64,000 nt of DNA from Haplodiscus bocki. Its lineage: Eukaryota. The position numbers and the translations under genes are program-made. The first letter of the stretch is position 1. The number at the start of each line of letters is the position of its first letter. Where the stretch lies: assembly GCA_965655095.1 (NCBI GenBank), contig OZ296649.1:133672001-133736000 (forward strand). The letters are read 5' to 3'. Positions 1 to 13,200 of this stretch are shown piece after piece. The notes under the pieces were generated by a model. It worked only from the letters and a program-made list of their open reading frames with translations. It was not told the origin of the DNA and ran no database searches.

Positions 1-805
1 GATTCCAAAAGTAACATTTTTTCAATGTATCTTTTGTGTGTATTTATAACGGAAAACATACATATACTTAGAACGTCTTCCGTTTTGGATTTCAGTTTGT
101 TCTAAGCTCTTCAATTGCCTTTTATATTCATTTCATTTAATTTTTTTAAACTTTATCGGTATCAATTGCGAAGCGATCTTCGTTTATTTCTTTTTTTCAA
201 CACTCTTCTTCTTTTTTTCTTGTTCAAAAACAACTATTTTTTTCTTTAGTTTCACTTTTTCTTTTGTATTTAATTTTTTTCATTTTATTCGTCTTGTTTT
301 CAAATAAATTTTCTATCGTTATTTCGTATTTCCGATCTTTTTTAGGGAGAATAGTTTGTCAAATCAAAAAATAACAGCGAACTTTTGTTTTTGTTCAAAC
401 GGATATCCGTCAACTTTTGATCTTCTCAATCGATTATATTAATGTAAACATGACAAAAGGTACTTTTTCTCTGACATTTTTGATAGTTCGAAGGAGAACT
501 AGTCTTTCCATAAACTTTTTGTGACACCTTTCGGGTCTAATTTGTTATTTTTATCACCGCTTTTGGTTAAATGAATATTTGTTTTTAAAAGCTTGTAATA
601 GCGTTGTGTGGTAAAAATTGCATTGCAAATATTACAAAACACCCCCGGTGCTCTAGTATACATTTTTTAAAATAAGTTTTTTTTCAAAATACCATCGTCT
701 TTTTGTAATTGCATAATTTCCCCCTGCACACGAATCAACACTACTTGCAGATTTGCGAGTACGCGAAAAAAATTCACACAAAAGGACAGATAAAAATTTT
801 GTTAC

Positions 806-927
806 CTGCCATCCCAGCTTTTGAACCAATGTACAGGAGGTATCGGCCAATTTAGAATCCGTTCCAGTTATACCCTCACAACTGGAATGATCCTTCTTAA
901 GAACTAAGAGTTTGGTGATCATCCTTC
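806..927 (-). CDS. possible isolated internal exon of an unidentified gene
   Basis: Minus strand reads ctgtag|GAAGG...TGGCAG|gtaaca, with one open frame (RMITKLLVLKKDHSSCEGITG...QKLGWQ) in a locally GC-richer island. The acceptor is weak and no homology is recognised. Confidence 0.25.
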
Positions 928-1325
928 CTACAGCTAGGGCTTATGTCAAAGTCAGTGGGACGTTGGTTAGGAATGAACCACGAACAGTCCGACGGCAATG
1001 GCTTTAACTTCAGTCACTGACATTAGCACTACGCTATAGGACGCGAAGTTTGATAAATTTCGTTTGCATAATTATAGAAACTTTCATATAAAAATTCATA
1101 TAATTTTTGAAATTGAGAATATTCAAGATAGTTGGTCAGTGAAGCTTTGCATACAGTGAAAATATAGTCTCTTTTTCCATTGGTATAAAACTGTAAATTT
1201 ATTCCGAATGGACTAGGCGTAAAACGTGTAAAAATGATTTTCTGCTTTTTGAGCCTGAAAAGGATGTAAAATTTGGTGTAGTAATAAAATCCTCAAAAAT
1301 AAGGTAAATCTTACCCTTTTTCAAC

Positions 1326-1535
1326 GATTTTGTTGGTAAATGTAAAAGAGAGAATATATGAAACTTTGACATTCTTCTTGTATTTTGCGGTGATTTTGTA
1401 GGTAAATGTAAAACAGGTAATATACTAAAATTTGACATTATTTTGTGTTCTGGAGTTGTTTTTTAGGTAACTGTAAAAGAGTCAATATACTAAAATAAGT
1501 CGCAATTTTATATTTGTGTGGTGATTTTTATTGGG
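1326..1535. repeat. degenerate ~66-bp tandem repeat, about 3 copies
   Basis: gattttgt(t/a)ggtaaatgtaaaa...aatata..aaa.tttgacatt recurs at ~1326, ~1392 and ~1458, with a partial copy at ~1523. Confidence 0.7.
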
Positions 1536-4046
1536 ATTGTAGTAGCACCGAAAAACGTGGATTTTGAGAGCTTGCTCCAAAATCCACGTTTTTCTATACT
1601 AATAACGAAATACTCAGCGAGGTATTCGTTATAGCAAATTGTTCTCTGAACTGCGAAACCCGAAACAGACGAAACCCGAGACTGTTGATCATATGAAGGA
1701 AAGACCGATGAATCTCCACTTGAGGACAATTTTTTTCATCAGTCCCCTTTGGAGTCAATTGACAGTTTTGTTCAGCCCCACTGGAAGCGTTGCAGGCACG
1801 GCTGCTTCTTTCACTAGCTGAGATTCTTTAAATTATTGTCATTTAGAAATCAATCTTAATTCACCTTTCTCGTCCACACTGCTGCTAACTGCCAGAGCCA
1901 ACCAAATACCCCCTCAATTTTTACGACTGCCTCTACAAAGTTCTGCCTAGAATCTTTCCATTTTTCTCTGACCCCGATGACATCAGTCGTCGCGACAATT
2001 TCTCAGGAAACAAATTTCCAAAATGAACACCTGGCGGGGCCCGAACGTTTAAGCGAGTGAATTGAAGAACATTGTTTTTTGATCAATTTTCAACTGTCTG
2101 TTGAACAGCTTCCATAAACTATAGATAACACCTCAACAGCAAGCGCTAAAAAATCACCAAAATCAAAAAAAAATAAGGAAGTGAACCAATTTCAAGTAAA
2201 TTAACTGATAAAGTTAGGAAAAGACGAAACCATAACAATGAAAGTTCTAAATTTGAATAACTTAGTCACAAAAAGAGCAATTAATTACATCCACACGAAA
2301 GAGAAAACAGGGACGAAATGAACCAAAAAGAATTATGCTGCGGTGGGCCACATGTAATAAATAAATCGAGGTTCGCTTATTTGAATATTTTTGTCGGAAG
2401 AATATCTCCCATCCGAAAGTTTGGGACATACCATGAACAGACTAAACTACAATAAAAGTTTTCATGTACCAAACATACCCCTTTCCATATATTCAAAATT
2501 TTTAGGTCAGAGATAGACCTCCAGTGTTCCTGATACTCGCTTGCACGAACAGAAAATTCTCCGGAAAAAACAAACACCCGAATTTTTGCGGAAACATTGC
2601 GTAATTCAAAGACTTTACGATACTTATAATACCCAAACATTTCCTGGCACCTTCCTGCTCACGCCAAAAAAAATTCATTTACCGCCCATCCAAACTAAAA
2701 TTTTCGTAGGCCCACGATTGAGTTTTTTCCAAAAATCATGATTCTGTAATGCAGCAATGCCGCATTTGATATTCCAGCGTGTTCGTGGCTTGTTAAATTT
2801 ATGTTGGAGACATAAAAGTTACCGAAGTTACGTACCCAATTTTAGTTTCACAACCATACCGTTTTGAGTAATGGCGAATAATAGAGTGGCGGTTAATCAA
2901 TAGTGAAAAACAATGAATTGTACATGCAAACACTTGAACACGAGAGGGAATACATGGAAGTGAGTAACTGGTGTTAAATGCAGTGACTGACAAATTTGCA
3001 ACTTTATGCTTTATAGCAAGCTACAAAGCTAAAGTTTGACGTTACAATTCATCGATTTAGATATCTGACAAAACGGCCAGGTCATGTCTTCATGTTATTG
3101 CATACCCCCGGCTTCGATATTACAGTTTTTCATTGTCTGGTACCCAGTGCCACTAAGAATCGAGACTTTGCGTGATCCAGTTCATTTTATTTGTCAGCAT
3201 TCTTGTTCATATTTTGTTGCTTGTAAGATTTGAACACGGATTTGGAAGCACCAACGCTTCTCGCCGCAATTTGACTATAGTTGATAAAAGAAGCAGTGTG
3301 AATGGATGACGTAACCTAACACCAAATTGCTTTTTTGAAGAAGCAATAATTAACCGGAGTCATCAGCCGATTTAGATTTTCTGTTTCGAACCCTCTCAAA
3401 TTTTCAAAAACGGTCCTTATGAAGTTCAGTGCAATATTCAAGGAGTGATTTTTTGGAAAAGCCTGGCGCAAAATTTGAGGAAAAAATACAGCCAAGAGAC
3501 TGGAAACATTTTACTAGTTCTAGTCTAAATGTCAAAAAGTTTCACAAAATGATACCAAAGACGACCCTTGCCAAAATTTGAATTTTTTGTCAGAGGCGAA
3601 GTTGCGCTCCACATACACTTGCGATAAATTAGACGAAGGTCTTCAATTAATCACCCACTGATGAAAACTGCGAAGTTAATTCTCGTGAAGTTCTCTAAAT
3701 AGCAAAATTTACAAAAAAATGGTTCCACTGCAAAAAAAAAGGGGAAAACGGTTCAAAATCAACTAATTTGAGGAGCATTCAAATTGGAAAATTTAATGGT
3801 TGCAATTCGACCAAGAAAAGCAAGTATGAAAAAATACCCAAGTAAAAAATTTCCAATTACGAAAAACAAATGAAATAATTCCATGTGTAGAAAATGAAAC
3901 GAGTGAAGCAGGAAAAGAATGCTTCTTCTCACAATCTCCCCCCATTGCAATCTTCTGAAAGAGCACTTAAAACCCGCAACCCAGCCAATAGTTTTCGAAA
4001 AATTACTTTGAGTAAACACGCAGGATAAAAAGTTTCATATTTCAAA

Positions 4047-4466
4047 CTACATGTCAAAAATTCTGTAATGAGCATCATCTGGGCCAGAGTTTCGTGTAGG
4101 CTGACTCTGAGAGACGCCCGCTTCAGGATGAGGATCACTCTGGGAGTCGTCCTCATTCGTTCCCTGGCTTGTAGGCAGTGTGTTCCGGGACGTCTCAGGG
4201 GCGATTCCGGAGTGGCCCTGAATTAGTGGGTTCAGAAGAAAGTCATCAAGACGGGATAGCGTGCCTAATATGCGGCTCTCTGTCCTGCTAAACTCCTGGG
4301 GCAACTTTTTTGATACTCTAGCCTCAATTTCCGCAGAAAATTGGGTGACTTCTTCGTCTTGTGATCTGGGAACATTTGAGTTTTGTACCAAGCTACTCCT
4401 AGGATGATTCTCACAATTCTCCTTGTTGAGGGCTTCAAGCTTTCGCCTATTGCTCAAAGTTGCCAT
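4047..4466 (-). other. intronless 139-aa ORF, probably the N-terminal (gag/ORF1-like) fragment of a repeat element
   Basis: ATG-initiated open frame in a GC-richer island. It has a helical/coiled-coil-like core (EIEARVSKKLPQEFSRTESRILGTLSRLDDFLLNP) and a disordered tail. Transposon origin is an inference. Confidence 0.35.
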
Positions 4467-5600
4467 TTTCTATGGGAAAAGTAACGAACAGTAATTATTA
4501 CTGAATTGACTTTTTTATCAAGGAAATCAACTTGTTTTTTAACACTTTCAACAATTAATGTAGGAAAGCAAAAAAAAATGGATATTATCGTCAGTACTAA
4601 AAAAATTACACTTCCTCTGATTTTGCACTTTCATTTCTCTTATTTGTACCTTTTCCTTGACGGGAAACGTAAGTGTTGACACGCCAAATCAAGGTACAAA
4701 TACGGAGAAGTACTAACAATACTAATACCTCAAAGTCGGAATGCCGGCTCTAATGGGAAATAAACAGCATTTCCATCCATCTTTTCCCTCATAGGACGCG
4801 TCCTTTCCATCTTTCGACAGAAACTGGATGAACCTATGCCGTCAAAAGTGGATATCAAAGTGTTTATTCCTGCAACGACACTTTGTTTAAAAGCTAAATA
4901 TTAAATGATTCATCAATGGAAAAAACTAAGTATTTCATTAATCAAGAAAATAAAAAAAAACAAAATGCATGTCGGTAGTCTAAAAGGAATGTACTTGAAT
5001 GGTAATAGGAGAAAATGAATTGAAAAAATATTTAATCATCACCCTCGAGCACATTTCATCATTATTTGCAGTAGTTCAGATGTCTGGATCAGTTTGGTTC
5101 CGTGTAAATACGTACCAGTATATTTGTACATTGGTTTTAGAAACGAAGAAAATACGTACACTAGTCAAAAATATGTATAAGGGTTTTAATTGAAGAATAA
5201 ATGTAAGTCCAAGAGTTTAAGTTTATTCTGAGTCTTGGGATGTCTTTTCAGATGGTAAGGACTGGCCTCAGGCTTCGCAGGTGTGCTGCGACAAATTCCG
5301 TGGGGCCAGTACAGAGCCGCGCATCTCGCTTTTCAACTGGTTTTCCATTTTGTAGGGTTATGAAAAAGCACCGAATGGCTGCACTTCAACAAGTACTCAT
5401 CGTTAAAAACTTTTGAGGAGGCAACAATTTTATATCATCAAATTTTCAAAAATACAACGAGATATGATATGTCTCGTGGAAGTCAAAAAATTGAGCGTCG
5501 CTTATTCTCTGCACATAGCCATTAAAAAAACAAATTTTCCATTGAACAGTGCAAAAGTGCAGTTTGAATAATGAGTGATTGCAAAAAGCACGTAACAATC

Positions 5601-5973
5601 TGTGGTAACGCCATTAACGAAAATCGAGAAACACTAGAACCGAGAACGACTGGCTATCCCAGACAGCTTACTGAGAACCGAAAAAACGATTAGCTGTTAA
5701 CTAACGTACACCGAACACGCATAAGAATTACATTCGTGGATCAAACAACAATGACGTCAGCGAAAGATACCGAGTGAATATCTATTCTGCCGAAGCATTA
5801 ATACCAGAACTCTACCATTACGCAACAGACCAAAAGTTTAACGGGTGTCTAGAAACTAATTTTTAAAGTCATTTTCCAATATCCTAGACAGAACTAATTG
5901 AAAGTAAAAAGATTGTACCTTTTCCTAAAAAATTATAAAAAGCGAATTTTTTTAAATAACGAACGTTATGACA
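5601..5973 (+). repeat. 5' LTR of Gypsy element
   Basis: Starts tgtggtaacg and ends gaacgttatgaca. Colinear with 9870-10239 (shared blocks such as taacgggtgtctagaa, taccagaact, gaattacatt). Confidence 0.85.
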
Positions 5974-5975
5974 AA

Positions 5976-5990
5976 TGATGTCGAAACCAG
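5976..5990 (+). promoter_or_regulatory. degenerate primer-binding site, tRNA-Phe-like
   Basis: tgatgtcgaaaccag lies 2 nt after the LTR and matches TGGTGCCGAAACCCG (complement of the eukaryotic tRNA-Phe 3' end) at 12/15. Confidence 0.6.
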
Positions 5991-7211
5991 TCACTGTCCA
6001 AATTATTCGCGAAACCAAGCAGAAAATTGACACTACGGGCAAAATTCATCCACAATATTCAAGAAACCATAAATTATTCTCATTAAGTTTACCGTTACCG
6101 TAACATTGTTCCGAAAACGCTGTCGGGGGACAAAAGACTCCTCGAACAAGAACTTGGTTTCGCATGGGTAGACGCATTCAAAATCCGCTGCAGAGTCTAA
6201 AAGAAAATAGAAGTGGGAACCAACTGAGAAAATCAGGCCGACTTACACACAGCGGATAAATTTTTATTCAGTTGAGGTGTGGAAAACTTGATGAAAAAGC
6301 AATCGCTTGTTGCACCCGCGGAAGTGGAAACAAGGCCTCTCACCGGTTTTGATACCGCCCTCAACATTTCTCTGCAGCCCCGTAAGCGATTAGTTCTTGC
6401 CGAACACAAAAAAATTGTGACAATTACACAAAGGAACCGAGAGTTATCAGGTGATTTCTTATACAGACACCAAAAGGCGTTACGGTTTTTTGAGTTTGAA
6501 ATACGGAGGACCGTCGCTGCTGCTGAAAAATACTTGATCAAACTACCGTTAGTTGCTGGATTACGAAATTCCCACGAGAAAATGAAATTTCTGGAGTGTC
6601 TCCAAAGCAAACCCGAAGCAACTGTTGATGACATCTTATTGATTATCCAATGGCGCAAACGAATTGTTCAGATTGTCAGCAAGCAATCCGAGGTAATCGA
6701 AATTGTTTCGTCTTTTTAGAATGGCAGTTGGCAGTAGAAAATGACTTGACTGGTGAGAAAACATACAACAACCAAAACTCTACCAAGGTTCGTCGAAATT
6801 GTGTTATAAAACATGAATCGATGTCATGTCCGGATTTTGGTAAAACGTGAAACGGCTGCAGAAAACCCAATCATTTTCAAAAATATGCCCCACAATCAAT
6901 CAATCAAGCAGCTTCGTGGAGAACAGGTCAAAGATTGATGAAAGTGAAGAAAGTGTGTCCGATCATTCTTTTCTTATTGGTTGTTTCAAATATATCAAGA
7001 ATGGTACAATTGAAAAAAAAAACAAAAAAATGACCAAGAAGTACCGATAAAGAGAGACACCGGAGCGTCAATGCTATCGATTTTTTTGAAAACAGGGCAA
7101 AAGTTTTTTGAACTGAAACTGGAAGAAACGGCACTCGGAATTGAAACATATGACCACGACAAGATGCAGTATCTCAGTGCTTTGTTTCGTGAAGTTTTAC
7201 GTTAGATCAAA

Positions 7212-9600
7212 TTGATCGGTTTTAAGGAAACGGTTGTCAATGCTGCTAATAAATTTGGTTTTTTGGGTCGTGTTATGCTAAAAAAAGTGAAAGAGTCCAT
7301 TAACAGCTGCTTCGGTACAGTAGAAATTGATAGGTTACTGGCATTTAAAGGTGTTTGTGCTTCGATTATATTGAAACAAAGTGCTAAACCGATGTTGTGC
7401 GCGGCAGCGAACGTTCCGTTACCGCCTGAAAGGAGAGTGAATCAAACTACTGTTGAAATATCGACTTTGGGAATACTTACTCCAATAGAAGCCGGCGGAG
7501 ATGAAAATCACTCTCCTGTTGTTTGGGCTAAAAAGTTTGAATGTTTGCTGAATACAATGTGCATGTGAATGATAAAACTAATAACAAAGTTTTTCTCTCA
7601 CCTTGTTTTGAAACCATATTCTGGATGGTTTCTGGTGGTAAATGTTTTGGGAAAAACGACCTTTCGAACGCTTATTAGCAAATTGCATCGGACGATAAGT
7701 CTCAAGAAGACAAGGACGTTTCCGAGTTACCCGGCTACAACGAGGATTTAAGAATCCATCGGATATATTTCTACCACTATTCGAGGAAAAGTTGAAAAAA
7801 TTGAGCCATGCGTTGCTTGCCGATATGAGATTCTTCTGAACGGTGTAACCGATACCGAACTCTTAAACAGATGAAACACCGTAGTCGAACTGTTGAAATC
7901 GAACCAATTCACCGTCCTAGATGAAGAATGTGTCTCATTCACAACAACTATATATTTCTTGGGATACGAAGTGTCAACAAGGGCTTCAAAACCTGATCCA
8001 AAACACACTGACAAACTATTTAAAGTGCAATTACCAACCAACGTCAAAGACGTCGCAGCGATTTTAGGACCAATCAATTACCTCGTTCCAATGACACCAA
8101 ACTATACAGCGAAGACCCGATGTATCAGAAACTCCGACAAATAGACAAAGTGATCCAGCGGACTGATGAAGTTTCTCAATCATTGATTGTGGAAATTATA
8201 GCAAGCGGTTGATACAATTGTATTCATTGGACGAAGAAATAACCCCGACTACAGATGTTTACAAGAAATTTATCGGCAGAATTTTGACACAGAATGAGCA
8301 CTCCGTAACCTACATTTGCCGCAACTTGTCCAAGTTTGAACAGAGGAACAAAATTGAGGGCAAACGTTGGCGCACGTGTTTGCGGTGACCCGTCTTTGAC
8401 CATTTTTACTCTGGCAGAAATTCAAGCTAAATTCCAATCATAAGCCGTTGCGGTACATCTTTTGTCCAAACAAGCAAAAACCTAAAATAATATCGGCCCG
8501 GTTGGCAAGATAACCATCAAACATGATGGCTCACGACTTTGGTGTACAATAGTTAACCGGAGAAGAGATTAGACATGCCGATGCGATTTCAAGTTTACGT
8601 TTCAAGGACGACCGAAGTGATCAGCTGGCAACTGCTTCAGCTACATTCAAGAAATCCCTCATCGATATCGCCCTTTTGCAAAAAGAAATGGTAAACCATC
8701 ATTTCAACGAACGGATATTTGAAAAACTTTGTACCGCAAAATGGAATAACTGTGCAAAAATCGAAAAAGAATTCGCGAAAAGGCAAACGCCCTAACAAAT
8801 CAAATTGAATTGGTCTATGTTTGCGCGCTTGTGTAGATTCCTCGTGCAAACCAGAAACAAATTTTTGAAACGCTCCGTGATGTTCATCAAGTCACTAACG
8901 CATTGAAGTGTGTCGTCGAGAAAGTAGTTTGCTTGGCGTTGATGGATAACGATAACAGTTTGTCAAAAACTGCACAGATTGTAACAAATACCGACCGAGA
9001 CTGAACGATTCCACCGACAAAAAGGAAGAATGCGGACTGCAGAACAGACTTCATATGGACTGGCTGTACGAACATGAACGTGGAATTGTTCTCGTCGTTG
9101 CTAATGCTGGATCCGGTTGGCTTGAAGCTTTTTCGTTCACGAACCAATCAACAAGAAAACTAGTTAGATGTCACCGTACAAAATTTTTTGGCCTTCGAAC
9201 ACCGTATATGGTTGTGTCTGACAATGGAAAGAACTCATCGCCACAGACTTCGCAGAAGAAAAGACCTCCAATGGTTTTACAAGTTTGGGACACCGTTGTG
9301 CTCTCCGAGAAGTAATGGCCTTGCCCAACGAGCCAATCAAAATTTAAACTGCAACCTGAACTTTTTGAACAACAACACTGACTGTATTCTGGTTTGCTTA
9401 CATTGATACGATTTCCATTAGTTACCGAAACTATTCAAACTCTAGAGGAAGCACACCAGCGAGGTTGTTGCTTGGACGAAGCCTAGAGAACGCAATCCCC
9501 GGATTTTATGATGTTGGTTAGAAAGTCGTGTACAAGCCGACCGTCAACCATGCACCGTGGGAGTTAACTTTAACTAACAGGAAAGGACGAAATACAGCAT
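7212..9600 (+). pseudogene. pol: Gypsy pol (RT, RNase H, integrase), many stops and frameshifts
   Basis: ORF fragments at 7212, 7893, 9055, 9188 and 9518-region carry pol motifs in shifting frames. Confidence 0.85.
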
Positions 9601-9869
9601 GGCTGCATGACAACAACCGAACAATTGTAAAGATTGATGGGCAATTTTCACCTTTACCGACAACGATGGAATTCAAGACCGAGCCTTCACTGAATAATGG
9701 CAGTGATGTTACTGAAGTCCCATTATCTCCAGTCTTCACCTCGCTCGACGATTTCAATACGAAGCCCACCGAACTGAATGAACCCTACTCAGCCAAAAGC
9801 CACGAAACAAACGAACCGGAACCGAACGCAAAGTCAAATTTACCAAACTGGTTTTCTCTGAAGAAAGGC

Positions 9870-10239
9870 TGTGGTAACGCAATCACTGACAACCGAGAAA
9901 ATTTGACACCGAAATGGAGCAGCCCCCGAGACAGTTAACTAAGAACAGAAAATAGGATGAGCTCTTCACTACCGTACACCAAACACGAACACGAATTACA
10001 TTAGTTGACCAAACAATAACGTAACCGACCGATACCGGGTGAAATTTTTTTCTACCGATCCATGACTACCAGAACTGTTTTAATACACCACGGACTAAAA
10101 TATTAACGGGTGTCTAGAATTGATTTACTCCTATGTATTTTGCAATATCATAAACAGTACTAAGTGCAACTAAAGAGATAGTAATCTTTTTAAAAAAGAG
10201 TAGCAAAAATCGAACGTTTTTTTAAAGAACGTTGCAACA
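9870..10239 (+). repeat. 3' LTR of Gypsy element
   Basis: Preceded by the purine tract gaagaaaggc. Starts tgtggtaacg and ends gaacgttgcaaca. Confidence 0.85.
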
Positions 10240-13200
10240 CAAATACAGTTAACATTGAATTATCAGCGACTAACCGACAAAACCAGAGAAGTTATGCGAC
10301 AAAATTTGATAAAAGTTCCCTGCCTACCAGTTTACATACATTCCAACCATGCGCTTGCAGAGCAACCTGAACAGCCGAGCGAAGTGATTTTCACGCTAAA
10401 CTGAACCACCGTGTTAGTGAACAGGGAAACGATTGATGCACGTTTTGAACATATCAGAAGGAAAATCGTTAACCTTCTTCCTATTCCATACCACGTTCAA
10501 GTCGCGAGTGTAACACAGAAGAGAAGCTGCATTTCACAAACATTTGGATAACTGATTTTCACAGTAAAAAGTTTCAGAATACCAAAAAACAACCGATTTC
10601 GGATTTGAACTGACCGTGTATGTAGCACAAATTACTTTAAGCTACCACCTAGAAAACCATCAATGAGCTGAATAAAAACTCTAGTAGGAAATCTGTGGTA
10701 CCGTATCAATCATCGAACAAAAACAGTGATGGTTGATTAGATTCCACAATGCAACCATTGTTCACCAGGAATTAAAGTTCTGACAAATTATGCAAAACAG
10801 AAGAACTTTTGACCGAATTTTTGAAATTTTAGGCAGGAAAAGTAAAAAACGAATTGTTTTTCTTCAACCTGGCATGTCTGCGAGGTATTGAGAGTATGAA
10901 ACATCACTAGAAGGACGGATTTCGATCATTGGTCGTCAAGAATTGAGCTCTTCGCGCTATGAAGGTCAGAAAGAATCAGTCATTTGCAGACCTGTGAAAA
11001 AGATGAAATAATTTCAATAAAAATTACGATTTCTTGCTACTGAAAAAAAAACACTGCTTCCGTCGTGTTTCACAGAAGCTCCGGATAGGGAACGTTCGAA
11101 AAAACCTCAAATGAACAAACTCCGACTACAGTCGATAAGAGCAACACCGCAAGTCACTTTTGAAAAAAATTTTTAAAAAAGGAGCTTCTGAGAAACCCCG
11201 ATCAAGTACTTGAATCAGCTTTGGATTGTCGCAAATCGACTAAAAATCAATGAGGAAAAGTTTTTTGTACATTCTAACTGAAAAATTAAAGCTGTATTGG
11301 GAACAGCTAGTTTTTTCTCGGGTGTGAAACCTAAATTTTGTTATGTCATCACAAAGTCTCGTTATCTAGTGCAAACGGTCCATAGAAGGCTCTTTTTGAA
11401 AATCCTTGGTAGGTACTTGTTTATTTTCCCGTTCTTAAATTTGAAAAATTTCCGAAAATGTGTCTGGAATATAAACAACATCGTTCGAGAAGATAATGCT
11501 TCCCACATCAAAAATTTGAACAACAGAGAGTAGGTAGAGTATTAAGTGTCGCCAAAAGGAGACGTTTTTTTTTGGAAATTTGGAGTGCTCAGAACGGTGA
11601 ACATTAGAAAACAAGACAACGCAATTTAAAGAAGTTTGAAATTGTTTTGACGCCGTATCGACTAGTATTAGCAATTTTGAGAGCTCGAAATTTTTATATT
11701 TTACGTTACACCTAGTATGGTTCATTTTGTGGCGTTGTCTACTGTGTAAGTCTTTCAGAGATTGGGTGCAGAATAGCGAGGCGGTGAAGACATGATTCAC
11801 AGATCAACTTTCCGAGTATGATAGTGTGACAGGTTCTTGCTTCATTCCGACTTTTCCAAAAATTCTTTTGACAGAATTTAATCTGTTGTAGTTGATCTAA
11901 AAGTTTCAATTATGTATTTGATCAATTTTCATGTCTCTGAAGACCTTTGATCTGTAAACTTTATCTTTGATCTCATAGAAGTCGGAATGTGCTGTGAAGT
12001 TCTGCTTCGCCTCTGTGTATTAAGTTAGAAAACCGGACCGCTCATTAAAAAGCTATGGTTACCTTCAATTTGACAATATTAGCCATTTTTGAGGTTCCTT
12101 CCAAAACTTTCATCACCTACGAAAGAAACTGAAAAGTTTTATTTTAATTTGCTAGCTTTGAATCCCACCTTCCGGGTTTCAATTCCACTTTTTTGGAAAA
12201 AAAATTCACGCCAACAAATCGATTTCAAACCGCTATAACCTAAACCCAATACATGCGAGTTGTATTTTTGCAATTAAATGTTTGAGTTTTTTAAAAAAGT
12301 ATGACATCATGAAAGTTCGATATCAAACTCTGCGGGATTGATGGTTGACATGATGAACAACTACTTTACCAAATAAGTCCTGGAAGCATCATGATTTATA
12401 CTCTGAAAAATTAGAAAATGAAAAATTGTGGCCACAAGTTTTCAAATTTTCTCTTTTTCGACAAATTTTGTTAGTTTTGTGTAATGTCAAAGTTCGAAGA
12501 AATATGCAAGATTTAAACCAGTCGGATAAAAAAGAGCAAATCGTTCCTTCGAACGTTATACTTGCTTCGCTCGTTAGGCTCTACTCTCATTGATAATCAA
12601 AATGGCACGTACGAGTTTCAGAAAAAAAACCGCACAGATAGCTTAAAAACCTCAAACTCCAAAGTGACCCTCAATTTCAATCTTATTTTCAAAAAAAATT
12701 CAACGGAAGGACATTTTGGAGGAATTTTAGCACAAAAGTCAGAATTGTCTGAAGAGGCGCAGTGGCACTGCGATATTTCCGGCAGCAATTCGCAAAACCG
12801 TGAAACGTTTCAGATGTTCCTCTAACTATAGGCTATTGGATTGCTCAAAAATTTTCTGAATAGGTACGATACTTTAAGAAAAAAAATGAAGTTTTCCGAA
12901 GGACTACGTCGCCAAAAATCAAGCTGTTGTGATTTTTTTCAAGATGACTGGTCGTCCCCAATAAAAACTCGTTGCCGAAGATGCAAAGAGGCGCGAAATG
13001 ATTAAAAATGAATCTTCTGCTCCTTGGCCTCATTTTAGCGAAGCATACCTTAACCATCAAGACGTCCAAATAATTTTGGTTCTCATTCTTATCCCGATAC
13101 ATCTCTTTTGGTTTTTCGTCTGAGAAACTCAAAATCGTCGTAACCATTGGGCGGATTTGTTCAGTTTATCATAGCACAGCGACTGGTTTAAATCTATCAA

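Larger units (their letters stand above)
5601..10239 (+). mobile_element. decayed Ty3/Gypsy LTR retrotransposon, full structure, no env
   Basis: Two diverged LTRs (TG...CA), a PBS-like and a PPT-like site, and broken pol in RT-RNaseH-IN order: IYFLGYEVS...PDPK...LPTNVKDV (RT), MDW..LVVANAGSGWLEAF, VVSDNG, SPRSNGLAQR (integrase). Confidence 0.9.

Noticed and set aside
4641-4702. 12-bp inverted repeat tatttgtacctt / aaggtacaaata
   Set aside because: Too short and AT-rich to assign a function. Bacterial-type terminators are not relevant in this eukaryotic context.
5250-5360. GC-richer island after tcttttcag, possible + strand exon
   Set aside because: No recognisable protein and no partner exons.
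5601-10239. This Gypsy element as the parent of the env array
   Set aside because: It has no env between integrase and the 3' LTR, shares no visible sequence with the array, and is far more decayed.
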